Shown here: piece after piece, positions 1 through 8,591 of the stretch
How positions within the stretch are numbered: the stretch's first letter is position 1
How the letters are laid out: each line of letters begins with the position of its first letter
Virus record (IMG/VR): IMGVR_UViG_3300030419_007196
Span: 32,001-96,000 of that record
Direction: 5' to 3' (one strand)
Source: a virus
Length of the DNA: 64,000 bases
Notes under the pieces: generated by a model
Told to the model about the DNA's origin: nothing
Database searches by the model: none
What the model saw: only the letters and a program-made list of their open reading frames with translations
Translations under genes and position numbers: made by a program

Positions 1-787
1 CTTTTAGAAAGTCTATTTTTCGTTTATCGCTGCCATCGACAGTGGCTGGGAGCACATCAAACGCGAGATAAGAATCATAAATGTCCGATTTTAAACTGTC
101 AACATAACCAGAAAAGGTCATTATCTTAGACTCATTAATGCAAAATCTAACAAACTCGTGTGCAAAATCATCAAAATTTTTAATTTTTTTAGAGAATCTA
201 AGTTGCTGACCGATCCCAGATTCAAACTCCTGATATACCTGCTCTATGTGCGCCTGATATTTTTCTTCTAAATTAATGGTTGATTCTAAACCATTCTGCG
301 CTTTTAGGTCTGCCAGAAACTGACTGCTGTTAGACAACTTTGTAGAAAAGTAGATACTTTTCATGTTTGCAAACGCATCCCCAACAAAATCAAAAACACA
401 AATTGGATTGTCGGGGTCGTCGCTTATGTTTGTAAAAATCCAATAATTATGATAGATTAAGTTGTTTTTATTGTCCACCCTTCCATACAAAGGTCTTTTA
501 TACCATGTATCTAAGGGGCTTAAAAACCCATTTTTGAATTTTCCTTCACCGTTGGGGAAGTACATTTCATTTACAAGCTCTTTATAATTTTTGCGACTCT
601 TAAATTTGTTTGAAGTTTTAGAACCGTTTGTGGCTCGCGGCAAGCTATTGCCATCTCTTAATAGTTTTTCCTTTGCTATGTGAGGCTCCACAGATTTTAA
701 GGTTTCAAATTTTTTTTCTGTTATTTTTTCATATGCTTCGATTTCGACCTCTAGTTCATCAATAGAGGAGAATTTTTTAAGTTTCAT
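1..787 (-). CDS. Hypothetical phage protein, 3' end truncated by the window edge (not in the ORF track)
   Basis: ATG at 787 overlaps the end of the 953-aa ORF. My translation (MKLKKFSSIDELEVEIEAYE...WYKRPLYGRVD...FVGDAF...) stays open to position 1. Confidence 0.8.
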   Translation of the reverse strand, partial: MKLKKFSSIDELEVEIEAYEKITEKKFETLKSVEPHIAKEKLLRDGNSLPRATNGSKTSNKFKSRKNYKELVNEMYFPNGEGKFKNGFLSPLDTWYKRPLYGRVDNKNNLIYHNYWIFTNISDDPDNPICVFDFVGDAFANMKSIYFSTKLSNSSQFLADLKAQNGLESTINLEEKYQAHIEQVYQEFESGIGQQLRFSKKIKNFDDFAHEFVRFCINESKIMTFSGYVDSLKSDIYDSYLAFDVLPATVDGSDKRKIDFLK

Positions 788-3638
788 TTTTCTTTTCCTC
801 TATTTTAATATCGAACCTCTCTCTCAAAGAAGCCACCTCGTTTAGTGTTTTTTGGATGTATTCTTTGATATCGTGTACAACGTGATTTGTGATATTCTCT
901 TCTTTTGGCTGGCCGGTGGTTGGTGGCGGGGTAGATATACTGTTTTTGGTCGGACATTTTTTCTTTTTAGCCTCTTCTTCAATTGGGGAGTACATGTTTT
1001 TAGCTGTTACTGTTGTGGTATACTCACCCATAGAAATTTTATCAACTGTTTTACTTATTTGATAATATCCACTAAGACCAAACACATCCCTATCCGGAGT
1101 GGCTGTTCGGACACCGATATTGAACTGGTTGACTGGAATGGCAAAATACGCAGTCCGCCCAAAATATAAATTATTTCCTACAAAATCAACATTCGCCCCA
1201 TAAGAATATCTTAGATATGGCGCCAAATGATTAGGGTTTCGCTTTGCTAATAGCGTGTTAAGATATGGATCGTTTACATAAGTAAAGTTTAATTTCTTAA
1301 CTATTCCATCAATTTGACCAGCGTAAACATGGTATATTCCGTCTGCATAGTCTGCAGCTTTGTTGAAAGTTCTTTCGCCAAATTTTTTCAAAAACGCGCT
1401 TTTGGCCTGCTTGGGGTTAGAGGGGTTGTTAAACGCTTCTTGATAATAATATACAAACGGTAGCTTAACCTCTGCTTTTTTTGACGGCTTTTTAACAGAC
1501 TTCGCCAAATCTAATATTGCTTTTTTTCTTTTACTACTATCCTCACTAGCTAAATTTTTACCATTTTCTTCGTTATTAAAAAAGTCTCCCGATATATCAA
1601 AAATTTGTCGTGTGATATATCCATGGTTTCCTTTAGAAAAGTGACCAGTACCAGCTTTAAGAACTGATGGTACCAAACTTTCAAAGATAGAGCCTATAAG
1701 ATCCTCCATGGTAGGGGAAAATTTTTCTGGGTCTATAAAGTTTTTATATAACCACTCTTTAAAAAAGCTGGTCTCAATTAAAATGTCTCCCATGTTGACA
1801 AAATATTTTTTTCCCATAGAATCGGTAAGGACGTTGCCTAGGCATATTGTTGGGAAATTCTTAGAATCCTGCTCCTCATCAAATGCAAAGTCCAATATAG
1901 CAGCAATCAAAGCTTTCAAAGGAAAGAAATTAAAATTACCATATGTAAAATTAAATTGCTGTTGATCTTGTCGAGTAATTGGAGCAATCTGTTCATCTGT
2001 TTCAGAGTCTAACCTCTCTGTGTGTACCATAAAATGCTGGGCACTCATTCTGGACAGGGTGAATGTTTGTAGTAGCTCATAAAAAGAATGCTTCTTATGC
2101 ACTTCTTCAGAACCATTTCCTAAATTAAGTCTATCTGAGAATCTTTCTTTTATGTCCGAACTTCGATCTGGCGATTTTTGCTTTACCTCACTAATAGATG
2201 TGGAAAACCTCAATTCAGGTTCTGAAAGGTCATCGATAATTTTTTGATAATCAAAAGAGGTAACTTTCGACAGCTTTTTATCTGCTTTGATTGGAGGTTG
2301 GACTCTAACAATATCTGTGGTAAGCTCTGTGGTTAGATCGCCGCCGGTGACAAGATCTGAGTTGGACTTTAAAACTCCTGATTCTAGTTCATATGGGGCA
2401 GGCCGAAATTTAATGTGATATAAGTGGCCCTTAGTCATAAAATATCTTGTGAAGAAATAATCAACGTAGGCTGACATCGCCCTTTTTATCGAATTGATTT
2501 TTTTTGTATTTTCCTCGATCATTTTATCTATAAGTTTGACATCTTTATTATCGCCCTCTGGACAATAATTACGAATTAGTGAGTCTCTCGTGGTGTTTAA
2601 CGCCTTTAAATCAACCATTTGGCCCTTAATCTTTTCTGCTATTTCAAGTTTGGCGATTTTGGTTTCTGATTTCTCATCAAAGATTTCCTCTAGCACACTT
2701 GCTTTTGAAATGCTAAACGGGTCATTTCTTTTTTCCTCGGACCTTGAGGCCATGGCAGCCTCGGGGGCGGCAACATAGGAGACGTTTAGGTTTACCTCTC
2801 CCTTTTCACTAAATTGAAAATCGTGCTTGTAGCATGTCAATCTAAGTTCTTTTTTCTCTTCTTCTTCAAACCATTTTTTCATTAATGGGTCAACCAATTC
2901 AGCGCTAATGTCATCGGGAAACTTATAACCATATTCTAAAGTTAGGTATTCTCTAACCGTAACGCCATCATTTGTTTTAAACGAACCTTTCTTAATTAAA
3001 CTAATGTAGTCTGAGCCTTGCGGAATACCAAACTTAGATAACATATAGGACATGCTTGGCACACCAGCATACTGTGATCCATTAGCAAACGTTGCAAAAC
3101 TGTCAAAAAAGTAGTCAATTTGAACACTAAACCTGTTTGTCGTTCCGTAATATTGAAAATCTCTAGCAACATTTAAACTCTTTACGCCGGCGTTGCTACC
3201 ACCCTTGTTCGCAACACCAAATATGACAGGGTTTTGATCTCGCAGTTTGTGGTCTTTAGAAAAAACAATTTCTCTTTTAGTTAACTCTTTGCCGTTAACA
3301 GTATATGTAACATACAGTCTTATATATGGCACCAAGGCTGCAATTTGGGCGGGCTTCATGTGTGTGAGAAAATCAACATATTTTCTCATTTTAACAGCGT
3401 CAAGGCGGGCATTACCCGTGGAAACCTTTGGCGTTGTCTGCAACACTCTTTTTTCAAATTCACTTTTAGAGAGGGCGTTCATACAAAAAAGCTTTCCCTC
3501 TGTCTGTTTAGACAAATCATCACCCTTCTGCATGAATTCGCGAACTTTCTTAAAGTCCGGTGAATACATTTGTGCAGTTAAGAAATCTGTAACAAAGCCC
3601 TGTGGGGATAAGTTTTCTGGAAAAAAGATGTTTGACAT
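777..3638 (-). CDS. Putative baseplate hub / tail-associated protein
   Basis: 953 aa, directly after the LysM/gp53-like gene. The C-terminal GLSGYYQISKTVDKISMGEYTTTVTA resembles hub (gp27/gpD-like) C-termini. Confidence 0.5.
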   Translation of the reverse strand: MSNIFFPENLSPQGFVTDFLTAQMYSPDFKKVREFMQKGDDLSKQTEGKLFCMNALSKSEFEKRVLQTTPKVSTGNARLDAVKMRKYVDFLTHMKPAQIAALVPYIRLYVTYTVNGKELTKREIVFSKDHKLRDQNPVIFGVANKGGSNAGVKSLNVARDFQYYGTTNRFSVQIDYFFDSFATFANGSQYAGVPSMSYMLSKFGIPQGSDYISLIKKGSFKTNDGVTVREYLTLEYGYKFPDDISAELVDPLMKKWFEEEEKKELRLTCYKHDFQFSEKGEVNLNVSYVAAPEAAMASRSEEKRNDPFSISKASVLEEIFDEKSETKIAKLEIAEKIKGQMVDLKALNTTRDSLIRNYCPEGDNKDVKLIDKMIEENTKKINSIKRAMSAYVDYFFTRYFMTKGHLYHIKFRPAPYELESGVLKSNSDLVTGGDLTTELTTDIVRVQPPIKADKKLSKVTSFDYQKIIDDLSEPELRFSTSISEVKQKSPDRSSDIKERFSDRLNLGNGSEEVHKKHSFYELLQTFTLSRMSAQHFMVHTERLDSETDEQIAPITRQDQQQFNFTYGNFNFFPLKALIAAILDFAFDEEQDSKNFPTICLGNVLTDSMGKKYFVNMGDILIETSFFKEWLYKNFIDPEKFSPTMEDLIGSIFESLVPSVLKAGTGHFSKGNHGYITRQIFDISGDFFNNEENGKNLASEDSSKRKKAILDLAKSVKKPSKKAEVKLPFVYYYQEAFNNPSNPKQAKSAFLKKFGERTFNKAADYADGIYHVYAGQIDGIVKKLNFTYVNDPYLNTLLAKRNPNHLAPYLRYSYGANVDFVGNNLYFGRTAYFAIPVNQFNIGVRTATPDRDVFGLSGYYQISKTVDKISMGEYTTTVTAKNMYSPIEEEAKKKKCPTKNSISTPPPTTGQPKEENITNHVVHDIKEYIQKTLNEVASLRERFDIKIEEKKNET

Positions 3639-3639
3639 T

Positions 3640-3987
3640 TCAATATCCCATATCCTCTAAAGCTGTTTCTAGAGGAACTGGGATTCTAACCACATCTCCA
3701 ACAGAGTAATCTGAATCTGTTGGCTTTTTGTTGTACCAAGCTATGACCCACCAATAGCGCGGGTCATTATAAAATTGTTCTGCTAGCTTGTGAAGGCGGC
3801 TGCCGACGCCCCAAACCTCAAATTTAAAAACAGTTTTATTAAACTCCTCTGGCTTGGGATATTTCAAGTTAGCCTTGCGCAATTGGGCAATTTTTTCACT
3901 CAAGCCAAAGCGACTTTTAAAAACTTTTTTATAGTCTAAATCGTCGTTATCTACTTCTTCTATGTTTGCGTATCTTGTAAGTGCCAT
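3640..3987 (-). CDS. LysM-like baseplate wedge protein (gp53/gpX-like)
   Basis: RLHKLAEQFYNDPRYWWVIAWYN...GDVVRIP is the typical LysM/gp53 pattern. Confidence 0.8.
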   Translation of the reverse strand: MALTRYANIEEVDNDDLDYKKVFKSRFGLSEKIAQLRKANLKYPKPEEFNKTVFKFEVWGVGSRLHKLAEQFYNDPRYWWVIAWYNKKPTDSDYSVGDVVRIPVPLETALEDMGY

Positions 3988-3989
3988 AA

Positions 3990-4844
3990 TTAATTACCAA
4001 ATATACTGTCTATGGCCCGCTGGCGATCAGGGACTGGGATAATCTTCTTTGCATCCTCACCGGGCAATTTCTTTGTTGAAAATGGGAAATTTGTTTTTCT
4101 TTCACCAAGCCAATTATTAGTTTCATCCCAGCCAATTTTATGTTCGTGCAGAGGGTTAAAACTAAAACTAAAATTTAATATTCTTGGAAAAATACAAGGC
4201 TTGTCACCAAAGCCAGATACGGCCGATGCCATAAAATATCCGTTATTGGGGTCCATCGTTACACTAAGGTTTGATATGTAGCCCAGCAACCCAGTAGAGG
4301 GGTTATCAGAATTACAGACAAGGTTTGCAAATTTTATTCTTGTTAGGGGTGCTCCAACGATAGCATAATTAGGCTCTAATCCTGTGGCTGCAGCCGCTAA
4401 TGTATCGAACACCCCACTAGATCCAAATGGTTTGTAAGAAGGATATAAGTTCTGAATGATCCTATTTAACTTTTTTAGATTTTCATTAGCATCAACAGCA
4501 TCGTGACTCGGAACTTTAAAAGACAAGCTTAAAGTTCTTGTTGTGTTTGAGTAAACTGGAATTGGATCATTCCGCCCATAAACAGTCTGTGCATTCCAAG
4601 AGGGACTAAAATTTTCACTATGGTTTTGTAGAAACGCGGGAAACACAACTCTGCCATTTTTTTCTGTTACCGGAAAGGTAAAAACTAAATCAGCGAAAGG
4701 CAGAGAAGTTCGAATTGATGCTATGTTTTTATCACTAGTTCCAATAGTCTTATCAGTATTTTCAGCAACACTATCAAACCTTTGCTGCCTTACGTTGCTT
4801 TCCACTTCCTGTATTTTGTTTGTTAATTCTTCAAATATAGACAT
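3990..4844 (-). CDS. Tail tube initiator-like baseplate protein
   Basis: SENFSPSWNAQTVYGRNDPIPVYSNTTRTLSLSF motif; lies between tape measure and LysM genes. Confidence 0.6.
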   Translation of the reverse strand: MSIFEELTNKIQEVESNVRQQRFDSVAENTDKTIGTSDKNIASIRTSLPFADLVFTFPVTEKNGRVVFPAFLQNHSENFSPSWNAQTVYGRNDPIPVYSNTTRTLSLSFKVPSHDAVDANENLKKLNRIIQNLYPSYKPFGSSGVFDTLAAAATGLEPNYAIVGAPLTRIKFANLVCNSDNPSTGLLGYISNLSVTMDPNNGYFMASAVSGFGDKPCIFPRILNFSFSFNPLHEHKIGWDETNNWLGERKTNFPFSTKKLPGEDAKKIIPVPDRQRAIDSIFGN

Positions 4845-4864
4845 AAAACGTTTCCCTGTTATAA

Positions 4865-4871
4865 TAATTAG
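4865..4871 (-). promoter_or_regulatory. Putative late promoter CTAATTA
   Basis: Copy of the recurring intergenic CTAWTTA motif upstream of 3990..4844. Confidence 0.5.
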
Positions 4872-4886
4872 GTTCTAGCTGGAATA

Positions 4887-6338
4887 TTAGGTTACTCCCA
4901 TGGCTGCTTTGATTGCCAACCCAACGCTGGTTGGAAGGCCGCTAATCGAAGCAAGAAGGTCTTTTTTCTGCTTGTCGGTAAGGCCCATCGTCTCAACAAC
5001 TTTCCCCAACTGAATAACTGCTTGTGACAAATTGGAGACCGCTATGTTATTGTTCTCTAATATGGCCTTTATTGCTTCTGGAATTTCGCCGGCGAGCAGT
5101 CTCCCTTGGGCGCGCATTTTGAGTTCGAACTCTTTTTCAACTGCGGTCATTATAAGGTTTGGAAAGTTATCAACCAAACTTGTCATGGACTTAAAAAATC
5201 TTGTTTGTCTTGCAAGAGTTTCTGTCATGATTTTAGTATTCGCCCTTTGAAGATTGACAATATTCTCTCTTCTTGCGATTAAAGCTTCTTCTCTTCTGCT
5301 AACTTCAGCAACTCGGCCGCCGCCACGTTCAAACGCCCCTGCTCTTCGGCCGCCTCCCTCTGCTGCAAAAGCCCTTAAATCCGCTACGGAACCAAAACCG
5401 CCGGCTTGTGTTAAAGCTTGTGTTATTAAACGACCTTCCATGCCGCCCATTCCCCTCGCTCTAGTTAAAGCTTCCCTAGTTTTTGTAGAGAGATACTCCA
5501 CTCTCTGCTTTGGATCCATTTCTTGTAAGGCAAGCGCATTAAACTCAATACCTAAAGAGGAAAATACCTGATTTAGTCTTGCGCCAATCTCTTGTGATTG
5601 CTCAATTGTATCAAATTTTGTAGCTATTCCGTAAAGTTTATTTGCCTCCATTCCCATGCGGCGTGACATAACCTGAAACTGCATAAAAGCCTGATTCATC
5701 TCTTTTGGATCTAGGAAGTCCATGAACGATTTAATATTGTTAGTATAGCTTTTTACGACCTCCTGTACTGATTGTCCAGTTTGGCGGGCAAAGCCGACTA
5801 GTGACCTTCTAGTAGAGTCGAGTTGATTGGCGTTCATGTCTAAATTAGAAGTTAACGTGCCAACCATTTCGTATGCATCTTTCGTATCAACGCCAAAAGC
5901 CTTTAAGCGGCTGGCAAAATCAACAAGACCAACGGTGTTTTTCTTATAAATATCTAAGAGTTTTACGTTCTGCTGTGTAAAATCTCTAGTTATTTTATAA
6001 TTGTCGTCAATTGAAACACCAAACTCTCTAGTTTCTTTAGATAAATCAAACAGAGAATCACGCAAAGCCTCTTTACTTAATTTTAGTTGATCAACGCCAG
6101 CCGAAGATTTATTAAGAGCTTCGTTTAAATCTATAAACCTGCTGGCCATGGTGCCGGTGGCTATGCCGGCAGCATCAAGGGCCTTCATGGCAACATTTGT
6201 TACTGATAATTTATTATTAAACAATTCTAAAAGAGAGGCAGAATCCGCAAGACCTTCTTTAATTTTGTTTTGAGTTTCTACTTGAGCTTTTAAAACAGCT
6301 ATTTGAGCTTGTAATTGTTTTATTGTCGGTTTGGCCAT
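4887..6338 (-). CDS. Tape measure-like protein
   Basis: Helical Ala/Leu/Gln/Lys-rich 483-aa protein directly downstream of the tail chaperone pair. Confidence 0.65.
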   Translation of the reverse strand: MAKPTIKQLQAQIAVLKAQVETQNKIKEGLADSASLLELFNNKLSVTNVAMKALDAAGIATGTMASRFIDLNEALNKSSAGVDQLKLSKEALRDSLFDLSKETREFGVSIDDNYKITRDFTQQNVKLLDIYKKNTVGLVDFASRLKAFGVDTKDAYEMVGTLTSNLDMNANQLDSTRRSLVGFARQTGQSVQEVVKSYTNNIKSFMDFLDPKEMNQAFMQFQVMSRRMGMEANKLYGIATKFDTIEQSQEIGARLNQVFSSLGIEFNALALQEMDPKQRVEYLSTKTREALTRARGMGGMEGRLITQALTQAGGFGSVADLRAFAAEGGGRRAGAFERGGGRVAEVSRREEALIARRENIVNLQRANTKIMTETLARQTRFFKSMTSLVDNFPNLIMTAVEKEFELKMRAQGRLLAGEIPEAIKAILENNNIAVSNLSQAVIQLGKVVETMGLTDKQKKDLLASISGLPTSVGLAIKAAMGVT

Positions 6339-6342
6339 ACTT

Positions 6343-6349
6343 TAAATAG
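6343..6349 (-). promoter_or_regulatory. Putative late promoter CTATTTA, near-leaderless
   Basis: Minus strand reads ACTATTTAaagtATG: 4 nt to the start codon and no SD. Confidence 0.55.
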
Positions 6350-6515
6350 TTATGATTGCTCAGTTTTTATCATCTCTAATGATTTATCAAAAATCCAGCG
6401 TCTTAAAGAGACTGGTAGGCAATATAGTTCTGTAAAAGACCAATTAAAGTTTTTCATCATAATGAGAAAGGTTTTATAAACAGCGGCGCTATACTCATTC
6501 GTTAGGGTAAAAAAA
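6350..6515 (-). CDS. Tail assembly chaperone C-terminal (GT-type) segment, probably reached by frameshift
   Basis: NWSFTELYCLPVSLRRW resembles chaperone GT-type extensions. It overlaps the upstream gene at a U7 run and has no convincing start of its own. Confidence 0.6.
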
Positions 6516-7325
6516 GCTAGCCCCGACTGGGACACCTCCTTTGTTCTCAGAGCCACACTTAATACAGGCGTGATCATAAGTGAAATCTACACCCGGAAGC
6601 ATTTTCATGTACTGCTTCATAAAGTATCTTGAATCTCTGATTGCCATGTTCTGAACAAAAGAGGCAATATACATGGGATCTTGGTTCCCATCAATCTCAG
6701 AAAATATTTGTTTATATCTTTCAATTATAAACTGTTCTGGTAAACCATGTTTCTTTTTTTGGTCTATTCTCGCTTGTATCGCTTTATCATCCTCACCAGT
6801 TAATATTTTTGCTTTAACTTTTTTCTTTGAAACTGGCAAGTCAATAAAAATTCCGCCGTCGCTTTTTATTTTATCAAAATCAACGTGATAGTGGTTAAGC
6901 TCATTTATATTAATTGAAAGCTCGTTCTTGGTACCACATGAATTACATACATATTCAAATTCATAATCTTCGCCGTATGCATTTGACCTACAGGCAATTT
7001 GAATTGCTGACTTATCTCCGCTAAGAAGCGTGTCGACTTTAATCGCCCTGTCTAAAATAACACTTTCCAACAGCTTTTCTAAAACCACGCCCTTCTCAAT
7101 ATATGAAGTGTTTAAAAGGATATCCTCCTCTTTTGTAGTCATATATTTTATTTCTATGGTCTCTTTATTGTATAGTGGGTGGCCTTCGGGGTAAAGCGAA
7201 CCCCTAGATGGCAAATCCACCAACATGGTTGGTACTGAATATAAATTATTGTTTTGTTGTCCCTGTGCCTGAGACATCATTTTAAGCAGATTCGCATCAA
7301 TCTGCGGTGCACCTTGTTGACTCAT
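6495..7325 (-). CDS. Baseplate hub assembly / tail assembly chaperone (T4 gp26-like)
   Basis: VDLPSRG, YMTTKEEDIL, two CxxC pairs (CNSC, CIKC), ends in SFF-YPNE. Confidence 0.8.
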   Translation of the reverse strand: MSQQGAPQIDANLLKMMSQAQGQQNNNLYSVPTMLVDLPSRGSLYPEGHPLYNKETIEIKYMTTKEEDILLNTSYIEKGVVLEKLLESVILDRAIKVDTLLSGDKSAIQIACRSNAYGEDYEFEYVCNSCGTKNELSININELNHYHVDFDKIKSDGGIFIDLPVSKKKVKAKILTGEDDKAIQARIDQKKKHGLPEQFIIERYKQIFSEIDGNQDPMYIASFVQNMAIRDSRYFMKQYMKMLPGVDFTYDHACIKCGSENKGGVPVGASFFYPNE

Positions 7326-7339
7326 TATAACCTCTTATT

Positions 7340-7990
7340 TTAGCCTACTAAATTTGTTCTTTCTAATGTTGAATAGTCTGATGTTGAACCAGCCACCTCT
7401 AACGTGGCGAAATCATATTTTACAGTAACAGATAAGTTTGTAAGACTATCTTGATCGTAACTTAATTGTGAAGGCTTAAGCGCTGTGATATAAGCACCAT
7501 GTAGTTCCCACAATTCAACAACGCCGCCATCAGCATTTAATGACTTTATTTTAACAGGTCCGAGAGCTTCTGTTAACTGTAATTTTCCTATATCTTTTAT
7601 AAACTCTGTATTAATGTCATTTGGTGGATCCCAAACCAAATCATTTAATTTGTTGTAAAAATATCCAAGAACCGTAGTAAAGTTGTACCCTTCATAAATT
7701 TCTTTAATGGTAAAAGTGACTGGTTCCCAAGTTATTGAAGTTGGAATTGAAAAATTCCAATTTAAAAGCCGACTTTCTTGTGTTTGTATCGAATAAGATG
7801 GCCTGTTAACATCCACTATATAAGCGACATCAATACCTCTTAGTTCTAGAAAGAATCTGTGAGTGGCTTGTAAAACACCTTGTTCATGTATTAAAGCTCT
7901 GGGCCGGCCACCATCAGATGGTAAAAGCTCCTCTTTAGAGCCTAGGAGCGCTCCGAACCTATTTAAACCTTTTCCACTTCCCCAAAACAT
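7340..7990 (-). CDS. Second tail tube-fold protein (gp19/gp54-like)
   Basis: Similar to the adjacent tube gene (LNADGGVVELWELHGAYI vs LNADGVIAETWTLNNAWI). Confidence 0.7.
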   Translation of the reverse strand: MFWGSGKGLNRFGALLGSKEELLPSDGGRPRALIHEQGVLQATHRFFLELRGIDVAYIVDVNRPSYSIQTQESRLLNWNFSIPTSITWEPVTFTIKEIYEGYNFTTVLGYFYNKLNDLVWDPPNDINTEFIKDIGKLQLTEALGPVKIKSLNADGGVVELWELHGAYITALKPSQLSYDQDSLTNLSVTVKYDFATLEVAGSTSDYSTLERTNLVG

Positions 7991-7996
7991 CTAAAG

Positions 7997-8003
7997 TAAT
8001 TAG
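7997..8003 (-). promoter_or_regulatory. Putative late promoter CTAATTA, near-leaderless
   Basis: CCTAATTActttagATG: 6 nt to the start codon and no SD. Confidence 0.5.
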
Positions 8004-8019
8004 GTGTTGTTTAAAAAAG

Positions 8020-8577
8020 TTAGCCAATAGTTATTAGATCTTGGTTAATCTCTAGATCAGCCCAATCATACACAATAGTAAGATTCATGCCGAGTAGGTC
8101 TTCTGAGGCGTAATCAAAATCATCGTGTGATACTTTACTAATCCAAGCGTTGTTCAAAGTCCAAGTTTCAGCGATGACGCCATCGGCATTAAGTGCTTGC
8201 ACTTGAATTGTACCTAAATTGCCTTGAACAAACTTCTTCTTGGAAATAGAGAAACGATGACCACTGTTATCGCCGGCCCATGTTGAGGGCGAGCGATAGC
8301 CAGCCTCTGTAATAATACTTAATAGTCTTCTCGATGCATCAAAATCAATAGGATCCACAAGTGTTACTTCGATATTGTCCCAAGTTACTCTACCGGGGAA
8401 TTTAAATTCGTGTCCCAAGAAGTTGTGCTTTCCCCCTTCTGTAACATTGATATTGGGTCTTCCAGCAGTTCTCACAACCCAAGCTGGGACATCCGCAAGG
8501 ATTAAGATATATTTAAATTTTCTTTTTGGCTCAATTCCTGCTGATTGCCATGGTGGTAAATTAGTCGCTTGTGGCAT
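8020..8577 (-). CDS. gp19: Tail tube protein
   Basis: EPKRKFKYIL...GRVTWDNIEVTLVDPI...LTIVYDWA; follows the sheath; strong SD AGGAG. Confidence 0.9.
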   Translation of the reverse strand: MPQATNLPPWQSAGIEPKRKFKYILILADVPAWVVRTAGRPNINVTEGGKHNFLGHEFKFPGRVTWDNIEVTLVDPIDFDASRRLLSIITEAGYRSPSTWAGDNSGHRFSISKKKFVQGNLGTIQVQALNADGVIAETWTLNNAWISKVSHDDFDYASEDLLGMNLTIVYDWADLEINQDLITIG

Positions 8578-8591
8578 TTATTAATCTCCTG

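Noticed and set aside
6516-6577. Independent ATG start for the 75-aa ORF
   Set aside because: No SD and deep inside the chaperone gene; a frameshift explains it better. The AGGAGG at 6535..6540 has no suitably spaced in-frame start.
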